Positions 13,256 to 26,825 of a DNA stretch of 64,000 bases are shown here, in pieces. The stretch is taken from assembly GCF_009914755.1 (NCBI RefSeq), contig NC_060929.1, one strand, 5' to 3'. Position 1 is the stretch's first letter, and each line of letters opens with the position of its first letter. The notes below the pieces were generated by a model. The model did not search any database, had not been told where the DNA came from, and saw only the letters and a program-made list of their open reading frames with translations. This DNA comes from the human T2T-CHM13v2.0 reference genome, Homo sapiens. Made by a program: the position numbers and the translations under genes.

Positions 13256-13747
13256 CATTGCATATCTCTCACAATTAATATTCCACTCTCTCACTCCCCT
13301 TCACACCAATAATTTCTGTCCCTTTAAAAAAATATGTTATAGTGACCCTGGCTGCTGAGAAGACTCTATTTGAGTATGTGACCATGGACTAGCTAATAAA
13401 GAGATAAAAGTGTAGGAGTTCCTGGTTAAGTAGAGATTGAGAGTCATGAAACCATGGAATTCTATGAGTCTCTAGAGGAGACTGGCATGAGGGAATAAGG
13501 GATTCTGTATGGTGTGATGTAAATGAGAGACAGTGGGTCAGGGATGATAGCCCTGGAAGGGTGTGGGAGGTGCTGACCAATCTGATAGGTGTCCTGAGCA
13601 CTTATAAATCCATGTGAATTCAGATGTCATCGAATTGGAAATGGTGTCAAAGGATGTGAGACACAGATCTTCATAGTCACAACGTTACTGGACTCATTTT
13701 TCCTCTTGCATGAATTTGAAGTAGAGCACTTTCCTAAAAATCTTGCT

Positions 13748-13896
13748 TTATTTATGTAATGTGTGTGTGTGTATATATATATTTTATATATGTATACATG
13801 TATATGTGTATATATATTTTATATATGTATACATGTATATGTGTACATATATTTTATATATGTGTGTGTGTGTGTGTGTGCATATATACGTAAATA
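13748..13896. repeat. Compound (TG)/(TA) low-complexity tract at the tail of an Alu monomer
   Basis: tgtgtgtgtatatatat...tgtatacatgtatatgtgta repeats abut the T-tail of the monomer. Confidence 0.85.
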
Positions 13897-14019
13897 TTTT
13901 TTAAAGATGAGCGTCTTGTTATGTTGCCCAGGCTGGCCTTGAACTCCTGGGCTGAAGCAGTCCTTCCATCTCAGTGTCCCGAGTAGCTGGGACTGCAGGT
14001 GCATGCCCAGCACCCAGCT
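13897..14019 (-). mobile_element. Free Alu monomer (FLAM_A-like)
   Basis: Single ~120-bp arm: ttatgttgcccaggctggccttgaactcctgggctgaagc...gagtagctgggactgcagg. Confidence 0.8.
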
Positions 14020-14246
14020 AGGAATCCTTCTTTAAAGACTGTCAAGATTATCCAGTACAGAGGCAGCTTCGTCAGCCAGAAGCTTTTTTATTTGCTGCTC
14101 CTTTCATCACCAGGATGAAGAGGTGGGTGCACAGTCTTCCAACAGCCCAAACTGCATTCATCTGGTGTGGCACTGCAAATGTAATCATTCTAAGCATTAG
14201 GAAACAAATCAAATTTTGGGTCCCAATTCAATTGGCCATATATGCA

Positions 14247-14326
14247 TTTTTATTTTTCTAAAAGCACTTTCTAAGGAGCTGGATTGGCTTTTTATTTTTC
14301 CCAAAGCATTTCTAAGGAGCTGGATT
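14247..14326. repeat. Imperfect tandem duplication (~42-bp period, 2 copies)
   Basis: tttttatttttctaaaagcactttctaaggagctggatt / tttttatttttcccaaagcatttctaaggagctggatt. Confidence 0.9.
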
Positions 14327-14789
14327 TAATGAGCAAGCTAGCAATGAGGAGGCCAGCCAGCAGCTGCAGGCAAGTGCAGTGGGGTAACTAAGGGTGCAAG
14401 TACCTTTCAGAACACACTATTTATGTCCTAGTAGCTTTCAGAAGGCGTGATGATAGGCTATCTCAGTGGCCATTTCCTGCCATCGGAGAGATGTTGATGG
14501 GAGTCTTTCATTACTTGCCAGTTGAGGCCAGGAAATGGTCTCTATGATTACACCCTAATTTGATAAACCCTAAAATGAATCTATTGCTGTCTCACTCAAA
14601 TGCTCCAAAATGCATATGCTTACACAGGTATGTAGCACATCTAATCCATCAGCAGGTCATGTCGACTCTGCCTTCAAAAAATAACCCATGTTCATCGACT
14701 TCCCTCTGTACTTGCACCCTTGTCTCTACTGCTGCAAATGAATCAAGCTTTTGTCTTCTCTCCCCTGCACTGTTATAGTAAGGAAGCAG

Positions 14790-14980
14790 GATAGTTTAAT
14801 AGGTATGAATATGGGCTCTGGAATCATATTTCCTGAGTTTAATGCAGCTCTGCTTACTAGCTGTGTGATTTTAGGCAAGTTACTGAACCTCTCTAGGCTT
14901 CAGTTCCCTCATCTGTAAAATAGGTATAATGATATACTTCATAGAGAGAATGCCTGGTAGACAGTCAGGGTGCAATAAGT
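14790..14980 (+). mobile_element. MIR, near full length, among L2 fragments
   Basis: ggctctggaatca...cttactagctgtgtgattttaggcaagttactgaacctctct...cagttccctcatctgtaaaat. Confidence 0.8.
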
Positions 14981-15409
14981 ACAAGACCCCTTCTTTACCT
15001 CTACAGAAAGCCTCCTCAGTGTTTTCCCACCTTCCTCTCTAGGTCCGCCATTAAAAACACAAAAATGAAAAGTGTTTATCACTACCCAGGAATCAAACTT
15101 TTTACCATGGGCCCCAGGGCCTGATGAGACCTGGCCCTGGCAACTTCTCCAAATTTATCATCTCACATTAAACCCCTGTTTCCTGCAATCCAGCCACATT
15201 TGTGTCCACATCATTCCTCCAAGTTCTGCAGATTTCCACCCCAGAGCCTTTCCATGCCCTTTCCTCTCCAAGTGTGCCTCCCTGAAATCAGTGCATGCAG
15301 CTGCCTTCTCCCCGTTCAGGTCTCAGCTTAAGTGTGCCCGGCTCAGCGAGGCCTTCGTTGACTGCACTGTATGAAGTGGTCTTCACAGGCCCCTAGATTC
15401 TCTTCATCC

Positions 15410-15808
15410 TGTCACCTGGTTAATTTCCTTGCTGGTAGTTATCAGCGCCCATTGTTGTAACATCAGCTCTCATGGCCCCCAACTCCAGCACCTGCCTCCC
15501 AGGGCTGCCCTCGGGCTGCAGGACCCTACTTTTCCCGGGAACTGGAACCACCGAAAGCGCAGTCCACCCGCCGGGTCTGAACATTCCAGGTTCATCACCC
15601 CTGGAGTCTACACTGTCTCCAGAACTCCTCATAGGATTGAGTTCAAAAGTTACCTTTTGTGAGGCTTGCTTGATTTTTGTACTCGGCTTGGCCTCCTTCC
15701 CTCCACTTCCCCACTCCTCTTGCATATTTTTCTGGAACATCTCCTAATAAGTCCTCTTCATCCAAACTTCATGTTAGAGTTTGCTTCTGGAGTATCTAAC
15801 CTAAGACA
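15410..15808 (+). mobile_element. Old ERVL solo LTR (LTR33/LTR16 group)
   Basis: Starts TG; ends ctaataag...tttgcttctggagtatctaacctaagaCA, typical of this group's 3' end. Confidence 0.6.
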
Positions 15809-16051
15809 ACTATTATCTTGTTTATTTAATTATTTATAGCACTTTAGCACTTTACTAGAATATAATATCCATGAGAACAGTGAGTATTGACTATGTGTGT
15901 ATGCATATATATGTATATATATTTAAACATACATGTTTAAGGATATAAATATATTGCATGTCGACTCTCAGAGCTTTCAAATTATATTTATAATCAGTGT
16001 GACTTTTTGGGATACAAACATATTCACATCCTGTTAAAAGTTATTTACTTT

Positions 16052-16438
<387 letters not shown>

Positions 16439-18019
16439 ACACACATATACAGTAACAGTTCCATCAGTTACATGTCAGTCCACCCTCCCTGCTGTCTCTG
16501 TGTTTCTAAATGGCATGAGCCAACTTATAGGGTATTTGCTTATTAGGTTTAGTGCAAAATCACTTTTTACGTTCAATATAAAGGATATATGGTAAAAGCA
16601 AGAGCTTGGTTTGGACTTTCGATGGATATCTAGTATAAAGTTCTGGAAGTACATTTTTCCTTAAGGATTTACCGCCTAACTATATTTTCTCCCTTCTAAG
16701 ATACCTGGAGAGAATTTTAACCAGGTGCTGAGTTCTAACATTTCTAAATAGGCCGGGTTTGTTTAGCTGGGAGATACATTTTGGTCCCCGAGGGGTTCAT
16801 AAAGTGGAGACGTAGATGGCGCCGGAGGCTCGCCAGAGGGCTGCAGGTGATGATTCTGGGTGTTGTAATGAGGCATGTTTCTGGGGGTGAGGCAAGTGAC
16901 TCATGGGGAGCTGCTGAAGAATGCGTTGGGGGAAAATGCTAGTGAAGTTGTAAAAGGCTTGTAACCTGATCTGGAATATGAAATTTGTGGGTAGTTATTG
17001 ATTTCCCAGTGGGCGGAATTAGTTTTCTTCGTGATATGCTGGCTGGAGGAGGGAGGTTGTGAGAACAAATTGCTAACTGTCAGACTAGAATCATGTCTAT
17101 GGAGATCTCCCTTTGTGTCCAGTTGATCCAACCAAGTGGCTTTCAACATCTGCAAATGCTCGCAAACCGAACAGAAGAAAAGCAGCCTGGCAGAGCAGAG
17201 CTGGATTTACACTGGTCAGCCCTGCCTGGGAGAATTTTGGGTTTCAATTACACAGGGAGGGCAGGGTGAGCTGTGATATCTATAGCATCCCCCGCCCCTT
17301 CCCCATTGCCAGTCCTCCGAGAGAGTTGAGCTGAGGAGAATTCGACTTTCAGTCAATAGGAACTTGGCCAAAGCCGAATGAATTTCACCTTAAAGTCTGT
17401 GAAAAATGGAACAGGATTGAAGAGTCGATTAACCCGTGCTGGTGACAAAGTCTGGGGCTGGTTATGAGTGGAATGAGATTCCAAGTGCAGGCTGCCACAG
17501 TCAGGCTTAGAAACGTGGGCACTCATGCTGAGGATGTGACTGAGCCCTGACACAGATGCATTGCTTGTGTTTAACCCTCTTCCCCAACACTAAGAGAGGG
17601 GCTAGAGAAGTACCGTGCACTACACTCCAGAATGTCCTAAAATCTGTATTCTGATGGTGGGACCAGGATGTACCTGGGTTCACAGATTGGCAAGCATTTC
17701 CCTAGCAGGGATATAGTGTCCATCTTGTCTTATGTTTTATGAGTGATTCTTTGGGTTCTCCTTCTCTCAACATGAGTTTCATGGAGGAGAGGGGTAATGG
17801 CATATCCCATGGAAATTGCATTATATCAAAAGGCCACTGCTGACCTTCTATTATTTCTGGGTGAGTGCATGTGGATTGGTGTAGGGCTGGTCCTGAACTG
17901 GTACCTCTCAAAAAACCTGGAGGGATGATGGTGTACCCCAACTACAGCTTGGGCCTTACTTTCATTTATGGGATGACAGCAAGAATCTCACTGGTTTTCC
18001 TGTTACATAGACAATGACC

Positions 18020-18660
18020 ATATCGTGTGATAAATAGTAAGATGGAAATATATCGAAATATATTCTGGGTGCTATAGGAATGAAGAAGAGTCACCCAAGG
18101 CAAAGGCGGGGTGTCAGGAAAATCATCCTAGAGGATTTGACATCTAAGTTAACAGCTAGAAGGGAAGGAGTCAGGAGAAGATGGCTGGGACAAGAGTATT
18201 CTAGGCAAAGAAAATAACATGCAAAAATTCAGGAGAAGGAGAGAGTTTGTGGTTGGAACAGAGAGAGGGAGGTGGAGGAGTGGAAAGTGGTGAGCGCCCA
18301 CGATGAGTTAAGGGAAGAGCTTGCTCACAGATGGCCTCCAGCCATGCCAGAGAGTTGAAAAAACTCATTCTGAGGGCAATAGGAAGTTACTGAAGAATTT
18401 CCTGACCACAAGGGACTCCTGTGCAGGGAGCAGGTAGGGTGGTTAGGAGACTTGACACAGAACATGAAGGAAGTTGGCTTGAGGGTAGAATGGACATAAC
18501 TTCATGATGGATTAGATGCTGATGTAAAGAGAAGAACTGAAAGATGATTTCTTTGCTTGGTTGACTGTGTGACTGGGGGTGTCCTCACTCTTGAGAGACA
18601 GCAAAGGAGAAAGAACAGACTTGTGGGGAAGAGGGTCAATTCAGATATGGTTTTTAGAAG
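18020..18660 (-). mobile_element. Degraded L2 segment
   Basis: Purine-rich L2 antisense motifs (gtcaggaaaatcatcctagagga, gagtattctaggcaaagaaaataacatgcaaa). Confidence 0.55.
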
Positions 18661-21220
18661 TGTTTTCTGCTGGAGCTGGATTGTGGCTGTGATTGCAGAT
18701 GTGATTTTGGCTGGATGCACCTCAAGGTGGTTTTCCAAAGTGACAAAGAATTTTCATTTAGTTCTTCCAATGGAGCTGATACTGGCAAGGAGCAGGTGAA
18801 AAAAGGGTCCTCTTATTTGAAGTGTCCCTGAGCCATCAAATAATTGCAAAAGCACACCACACTTCAAGAGGGCTTTGCATTCAGGTAGGTAGCACTGACC
18901 GCCACATGACAAAACTTTCCTAAGGGAGGACCCAGAACCCAGAAATACCGCATTTTCCTCTCTGCAGTCACTTGGACAAAGAAAACCCTTTCAATTAAAA
19001 CCCAAAGAGTTGAGTAGTTCTGCAGATTCCCCCATGGCTGGTCTGAATTATAATTTGGACTTGTCACTCGGTGGTAAGTCTCCCAGCCTTTGTCAGACAT
19101 TGGATACCTAAGGCAGGAACCCAGCCTGGGTGTGCAGGTCTCTGACATTCATTACCTCTGCCTATGAAGATTTATTTCAGGGTGTGAACTATTTATCTTC
19201 AAAACCATTTGTGTTTGTTGGCTTGACAATCAAGCAGCAATTTGGAAATGCTGCTTCCTGAAGCTTTACGACTAATATAATTTCACAGCTCCAATTACAA
19301 ATGAGAAAAATTATTTCATCTACAAACAGGAGCCAGACATTTCTGAGAAATCATGGTTAAAGAGAAGACAGAGTACCTTCTGAAAAACAGGCCATGTTAT
19401 TAATGGTCTCTTCAGTGAAAATCTTGCTGACTCTCCACACCATGAGCCTCCATCTTATGGGGATGCTGGTTTTGAGAATCTGTAAAGCAGCTGCCTTTCA
19501 GGTTGATAAACCATTGCTTCTCCTAGTGCCTGGTCTGCAGCTCCCACAGCCTCAGTACTCTGTGAGCAAGGCAAACACCCACTGTCTTTCCACCTAGCAA
19601 ATATATCCTTCCTCCTGCAACTTCCTCGGAACCTATGTTTTGTAGAATCCTAGAATTTTGCATGTGGCCTTAATAATCATTCAGTTCATCCCTTCATCTG
19701 ATACTTTACCTCTTCCTTGTGCCTATCTATAGACAGCAACCTACTACTTGTATACTTCTAGGAATGGAGAACTTACTGCCAGACTTTCCCGTGAAAAATC
19801 TACTAGCTTAGTTCAATTTTAAGTGGGATTTAAAGTCTGGTGACTTACCAAGGAGATCTTTCATATCTAAAATCTCCTAAGTGGCTTTTTCCTTGGATTC
19901 ATATCTTAGTAATGGGATTTATGTGCGGTATCTCAACTAGAGTGCTAACAGAATGACCTTTTAAGGAAAACCCTGACCTCAGTTATTCCACAGCTCTGTT
20001 TTATGACCACTCCTAATAGGTTGCCACTCCTAAGATGTAAAGGTACTAAGTGTTTTTCCTGTCTACTCAAGTCTGCTTCTTATCTCTGTTGGCTCCGTGC
20101 AGTGCTGGGTAGTTAACCCTTGGTCATTCCTTTCCACCCTAGAATAGTGACTGGCACATAGTAAGCCTTCCATAAATGTGTAGAATGACTGACTGAAAGA
20201 GTCAGTTAAATGTGTGAATGGGTTAGCTCTTGATCTGCCTTTACATAGTTCCTTCCTGTAGGTCCAACTGACCTCATTTTACAGGTGGAGAAAGTTTTAA
20301 ATAATTTTTAATCTTGAGCCACAAAAAGCTATTTTAAGCCTTAAAACATTGTCATCTTGTACTTTAAGCTCAAGGCAATTGACCACGCTTGATTTGTTTC
20401 TTACTACCTTGCTTCAAGAGTTTATCAAATCTTTAGCTTCAGCAGAATCCAAATACGTTATGTCAGAAGCTGGGAATCTAGGGGACAACCTGCGCACTCT
20501 TATACTCATTGTCATCACCTGGATTGTCATCACCATGGCATCTTCACTGCAGTGACACAGATTTCCTGAAGGCACATCTTTTGGTGACTCCCTTTTACCC
20601 AGAGGACTGTGGAAAAACAAGACTTTCTGTTGTATTTTAAATCTCCTTTTTTAGAATCTCTTATTTTACTTTTCAAAGAGGAAGACTTTACCACTTTATC
20701 TAACTTAGTAAGATAATGCACAATTTTTATCTTCTGGTTGGGCTTAATTATCACATCAATGAAGGCATAATTGGGAAGCTAAGTATCATTAAGTTAGGGA
20801 AGTTATTCGTATCCCAATGACAAAGCATTTACCACTTCAGATGAACTCACCTGGTTTTTCTACAACAAGAATTTCAACACCTAATTTCCCTCTAGCAAAC
20901 AAAAGATTGCAAAATTACAAGTTCACATCCTTTTGAAGATAACTTTTAGCCAGGCAAAAGAAAAAAGAGAAGATAACTTTTAAAATAAACTTTTTAATGA
21001 ATATTGTAAGACATTTTTTTACCCTGCTTAATAAATACATCTGGATGAAAATCTCAACTTTATGATGGCAAGATATGGACTAAATATTTAACTTAAGTAA
21101 TAGGGTAATTGATAAAGTAATAGATATATTTTCTCCAACTTTCTTCCTTATCTTTCTAAACAAAGGGTAGTGGCTAATCAATGTATTGTACTCTCAAAAG
21201 TCCTTAGGCCAACGAGTTGG

Positions 21221-21513
21221 TTTTTTTTTCTTTTGAGACAGGGTCTCACTCTGTCGCCCAGGCTGGTGTGTAGCGGTGTGATCATGGCTAACTGCAGCCT
21301 TTACTTCCTGGGCTCTGATCTTCTCACTTCAGCCTCCTGAGTAGCTGGGACTACAGGCATCCATCACTATGCCCAGCTAATTTTTAAATTTTTGGTAGAG
21401 ATGGGGTCTTCCTATGTTGCCCAGGCTGGTCTTGAACTCCTGGGCTCAAGTTATCCTACTGCCTCCACCTCCCAAAGTGCTGCAATTATAGGAGTGAGCT
21501 ACCATGCTCAGCC
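21221..21513 (-). mobile_element. AluJ
   Basis: Full dimer in reverse with J-type gagacagggtctcactctg and ctgggctcaag. Confidence 0.9.
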
Positions 21514-22079
21514 CCAACAATATCTTCAGTCCAAATTTCTCATAAAGTGTCATTAAAGCTGTGGCCTATGATTCTATCTACAATTTTAAGCAAAGCAGAA
21601 TCAAAATTTTTGTCATCTATAATTTTCTGTTTCCATAGAACTGACACTTCCATTGCAATTAAGAACACTTCTTTTAAGTGTTATCTTTCATTATTCTCCT
21701 TCCAAGAGAATATAACCCTAGATTTATATTCTCTAAACCACCAGTGTTCCCTAAATCCTCACTCTTCCTATTGCAATATTATCCACTTGTCACGGACTGT
21801 CTCAAATGCCACCTCCTCCATTCATTCAGCCAAGATTTACTGACTCACTGCTATGAACCAGGTACTGTATCAGGCACTTGAATATTAGTTCAGCTCTCAT
21901 GGAGCTTAATCTTTAGTGGGATGAATGGACATTAATTACGTTTATTGGAATTTAATTAAAAACTGAGATTTGGCTCTGAGAGAAGGGATATACTCTTATT
22001 AGATCCTATAAAGTCTTCTATGAACCTTCTGACCAGAGCTCATGAGAGGGCTTCTGAAGCATTCAATTTGTTTTGTGAC

Positions 22080-22230
22080 TCTGTAAATTGGGACTCTTTG
22101 GTTTCAAGCAACAGAATCCTACTCTGGTAAATTTAAGTAAAAACAAATGTATTTAGAAGAAAGGGAATAATCCATAGAATCAGAGGAAATGCTGAGGAAC
22201 TAGTTATCGGAGAGGAGAGACTCAGAATCT
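22080..22230 (-). mobile_element. MLT1-type MaLR LTR fragment
   Basis: ggactctttggtttcaagcaacagaatcctactctgg...ttaagtaaaaa resembles an old MLT1 terminus. Confidence 0.5.
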
Positions 22231-22320
22231 TGGAGGGAGAGGGGACTCAGCATGTGCCCCTGGGCAGCCTCCTTGGGGCACTTCTGGGATGAAAGCGGAG
22301 CCTGAGAGACTACATATTTC

Positions 22321-22351
22321 TTTTTTCTTTTTCTTTTTTCTTTTCTTTCTT

Positions 22352-22382
<31 letters not shown>

Positions 22383-22553
22383 GAGATGGAGTCTAGCTCT
22401 GTTGCCCAGGCTGGAGTGCAGTTGTGTGACCTTGGCTCACTGCAATTTCTGCCTCCCTGGTTTAAGCTTCTGCCTGGCTTAAGCTATTCTCCTGCCTCAG
22501 CCTCCTGAGTCGCTGGGATTACAGGTGCCTGCCACCATGCCCAGATAGTTTTG

Positions 22554-22593
<40 letters not shown>

Positions 22594-22711
22594 TAGACTT
22601 GGGGTTTCACCATATTGGCCAGGCTGGTCTGACACTCCTGACCTCAAGTGATCCACCTGCCTTAGCCTCCCAAAGTGCTGAGATTACAGGCGTAGGCCAC
22701 CATGCCCAGCC
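22321..22711 (-). mobile_element. AluS with expanded tail and linker
   Basis: TSD gagactacatatttc (22306-22320) / aagactgcacatttc (22712-22726); T36 in the linker region (22556-22591). Confidence 0.9.
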
Positions 22712-22726
22712 AAGACTGCACATTTC

Positions 22727-22945
22727 ATGTAGTGCTTAAGAGCACAGTCTCTGCAGTCGGGCTGGATTTACCACTTACTAGCTGTGTACACATGACAAGT
22801 CCCTTTGTTTCCTCATCAGCAAAACGGGGAAATAATAGTGTCTACCTCCCTTAGTCACTAGGAGAATTTACTGAGATGATTCATGCACGACACTTGCAAC
22901 AGTGCCTAGCACATTGTAAGCACTCAAAATACTGTGTATTAGTAC
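22727..22945 (+). mobile_element. MIR
   Basis: gtagtgcttaagagcacagtctctgcagtc...ccacttactagctgtgt...acagtgcctagcacattgtaagcactcaa. Confidence 0.8.
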
Positions 22946-23380
22946 CGTTGGCAGTTATCATTATGAACGTTCCCTCAAGATTCAGATTTCAGGAGGCCAT
23001 CCTAATTGGGGCCAGGTGTCCAGCCCTTCTCCAGGGGAAGGCAGGGAGCCTATGACAGCTTCTCAGGATTATAGCCCATGACAGTATGACTCCCCCACGT
23101 ACAGTCAGGGTGCTGTGCCAGAAGGAGTGGGTGTAGCTCTTGGGCTGACAGAATAAGAGATGTCCTCTACCTCTTCTGACCTTTGTCTTATTCTAATTTC
23201 TGCCATTGTTCATTGGTTTTGCTTTTTTTTTTTTTTTCCTGTAATCACCTCTGTCAGTTTTTAAGTACCTAATGGGCAGAACCACATCTTATCTCTGTAC
23301 CTTGATAAGGAGAGTATCTTCACATTAAAGATGTCCAACATCTATTTGTTAGATTTAAAATGATATCCTGGTGTGTATGA

Positions 23381-23791
<411 letters not shown>

Positions 23792-23849
23792 TGAAAGCAA
23801 TGTGCAGAAGGATGCAAGTGGAAGGTTGTTCATTTTGTACTGTCTGTAC

Positions 23850-24400
23850 CAGAGAAGAATGTTCAGTAGTACAGGTATGGCTGAATAGAAAAATACATCC
23901 ATGATAAGGAGTACTATAAAACAGTTAAAAATAACTAAGTTGGTCCCTAAATGTGATAATACAGAAAGTGCTCCAAGAAATATTAGTGAGTGAAAAAAAA
24001 TCAAGGTTCAGAGTAATATATACATCATGGTCCCCTTGTATAAAATGGAAACAAAGCCAAAATAACTATATGTTTTATACTGATAAACACATAAGTAAAA
24101 TTGTATAAAAGGGTCTTGGAAGTTTATAGTGACAGTAATAGACTTAAATGAAATGCAAAGTTAAAATAACACTAGATATTTCATATGGCACATTTTTATA
24201 TGTATGTGTATATATAAAATATATAGAACATACTAGAATATACAGAATAAAATAACTGGTTGCCTCTGGGTAGGAAGGGTTAGAAAAGGGACTAGAATTG
24301 TGAATGATGTTCTCAGGAAATCTTAACCTAATCTTTAATATTTTAATTTTTTACAAGGAGAATGTCTTCATGAACTATTTATTTAATGAAACATTGTATG
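23850..24400 (+). mobile_element. Ancient L1ME-type 3' fragments
   Basis: AT-rich sequence with tgagtgaaaaaaaatcaaggttcagagtaatatatac and ggttgcctctggg motifs. Confidence 0.45.
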
Positions 24401-24451
24401 CATATATGAAAGAAAAGAAACTAAAAAATGAGGAATTCTACACTACTCTGA

Positions 24452-24655
<204 letters not shown>

Positions 24656-25845
24656 TAGGGCTAAGTTGATTACATTGTGAAATATTGATACTGATGGATA
24701 GCAGCTGGAGTCTAAAGATAAAAGTCAACGGCTTGCTCAGCAGGCCTACTTTTCCTGTGACTAACCCCCATTGCTGTGAAGGATGGCTAGGGGACTGGAG
24801 TTAATCATGTTAGCATTTTGTCTCTGTGTGTCTTGTTGGCCAGGCTTTCTCAGAATGTGGGTATAGACATTATTGCAGCCTTTTAAGATGGCTTGTCCAC
24901 GTACTCACGCCCTAGTTTGCAGGGGTGGGAGGAGGAGTTTCCTATGCCTAGACAGCAAGAAAACTCTCGTGTCTGCTTTCTTAGCTGATTTACTTCGGTT
25001 TTGTTTCTTCAGTTACCTTCTGAAATGACAAAAATGATTAAGCCTCTTCCTGGATGAGCAGATTGCTGGGGCTCAGATTCCAGAGATAGGGTGTGGAGTA
25101 GGATGGTGGTAGGGAGATGCCTGTGGCCGTGAAGTTACTGTGTATTTTGTAGACGTCATTCAGAGATTAGCTGGGGACGGAAACCAAAGGAAAGTCTCAG
25201 TGGGAGTAAGTGGAGGGCTTCCAAAGGGCTGAATCTGCAGAAGATAAGCCAGATGGGGTGGTGAAGACTGAGAGGTAGTGATTAGACCCAGGCCTGGAAT
25301 TCTTAAGCATTGGAAGATGGAAGGAGGGTGCTGGATCTGACCCAGGTTCCTCTGGCAGCTCCTCTTTGTCCTTGAGTAATGTCCAGGAGGTATTCAGTCC
25401 TTAGATGGGACTGGCTTCAGAGGACTACATAGACCCAAACAACCAATACATTTTTTTCTAAGCATTTGTGTGAGCATTGCCCCTTTCTCTCTCCTCCCTA
25501 GAACATCCTCAGAGAAGAGCTTTCTGAATGAACTGTGTCTATTATTGACTGTAATTCGAAAACTCTGCAGAGCAATGTTCCTTTACTGGTCAGATCCATA
25601 GTCAACCATTATGATCAATTTCCTTGCATACTGTCTTCTCCTGTCTCTTCCTTTCTACACTTACCATCCCAATTAAGCCGCTTCTTGTCTTATTACTACA
25701 TATGCATAGCTTGCTTCATTCATTCATGCAGAAATATTAATACATATGACATACCCGGTGTGCGCTAGGCACTGGGAACAAGAAAACCTATCCCCAATAT
25801 ATAACGACTAAAATCTAGATGCATATTTGGGGTACAAGAGCTACA

Positions 25846-25847
<2 letters not shown>

Positions 25848-25902
<55 letters not shown>

Positions 25903-25912
25903 CGTGCGCGTA
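25848..25912. repeat. (TG)23(CG)5TG(CG)2 alternating purine-pyrimidine tract
   Basis: Read directly. Confidence 0.95.
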
Positions 25913-26004
25913 AGCATTTTTGTCAAGGAAGCCTACACAAAGGAGGTGAAGCTTCAGCTAGTGTTCAGTGGTGAATAATTAATGATCATATCTCTATTTG
26001 TTGG

Positions 26005-26200
26005 TTTCTAGGCACTGTGCTAAATGCAATCTGCGCATTCTCTCTGCTCACCCTGATCCTAGATACTAAGGCTTATTATTCCCATTTTAGAGATGAAAAA
26101 CCTGAAATTCATAGACTTCATTAGCATTCAAGGCCAAATAAATAGAGCAAATAAATGTCAGGGTCAAAATTCAAACACAGGTCAGTCTGATTCAGACTCT
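26005..26200 (-). mobile_element. MIR fragment
   Basis: ggcactgtgctaaatgc...ttattattcccattttagagatgaaaaa...ttcaaacacaggtcagtctgattc. Confidence 0.7.
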
Positions 26201-26505
26201 GTGTAATCACAGGCATAGGGGATACAAAGGCATGGTCTTTTTCTTTCTACTCCTACCTCATTTAATGGAAAGACAGTATAATAACCAAAAGCTTAGATAT
26301 TCTAGATTCATTCAGATGATGATGTTAGGGTGATGATGTTTCTATAAGGACATTCAGTAGCCAGCTGTTGAGCTGGTTCCAGTCTTAGCTATTTGATCTT
26401 TTTAAAAATTGTTTTTTTAAAGGGAGATTTCAGTCTTACTCATAGTGTAGAAACATGAGGGTTTGTCTATTATTTCTGTGGTAACATCCTATATAATGTT
26501 GCCTC

Positions 26506-26825
26506 AGCCAGGGAGGTTGATCATGCCTGTGATCCCAGCATTTTGGGTAGCCCAGGGAGGAGGATTACTTGAGGCCAGGAGTTTGAGACCAGCCTGGGCA
26601 ACATTGCAAGACCTCTGTCTCTACAAAAAAAAAAAAAAAAAGGAAAGAAAAGAAAAGAAATTTGCCGGGTGTGGTGGCATGTACCTATAGTCCTAGCTGC
26701 TTGAGAGGCTGAGGTGAGGGGATTCCTTGAGCCCAGGAGTTCAAGGTTTCCATGAGCTATGATCTTGCCACTGCACTTCAGCCCAGGTGACAGAACAGAC
26801 CCTGACTCTCTGTCTTAAAAAAAAA
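26506..26825 (+). mobile_element. AluJ
   Basis: Dimer with ttgaggccaggagtttgagacc and ttgagcccaggagttcaagg; TSD-like aatgttgcctc / aatttgcctc. Confidence 0.88.
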
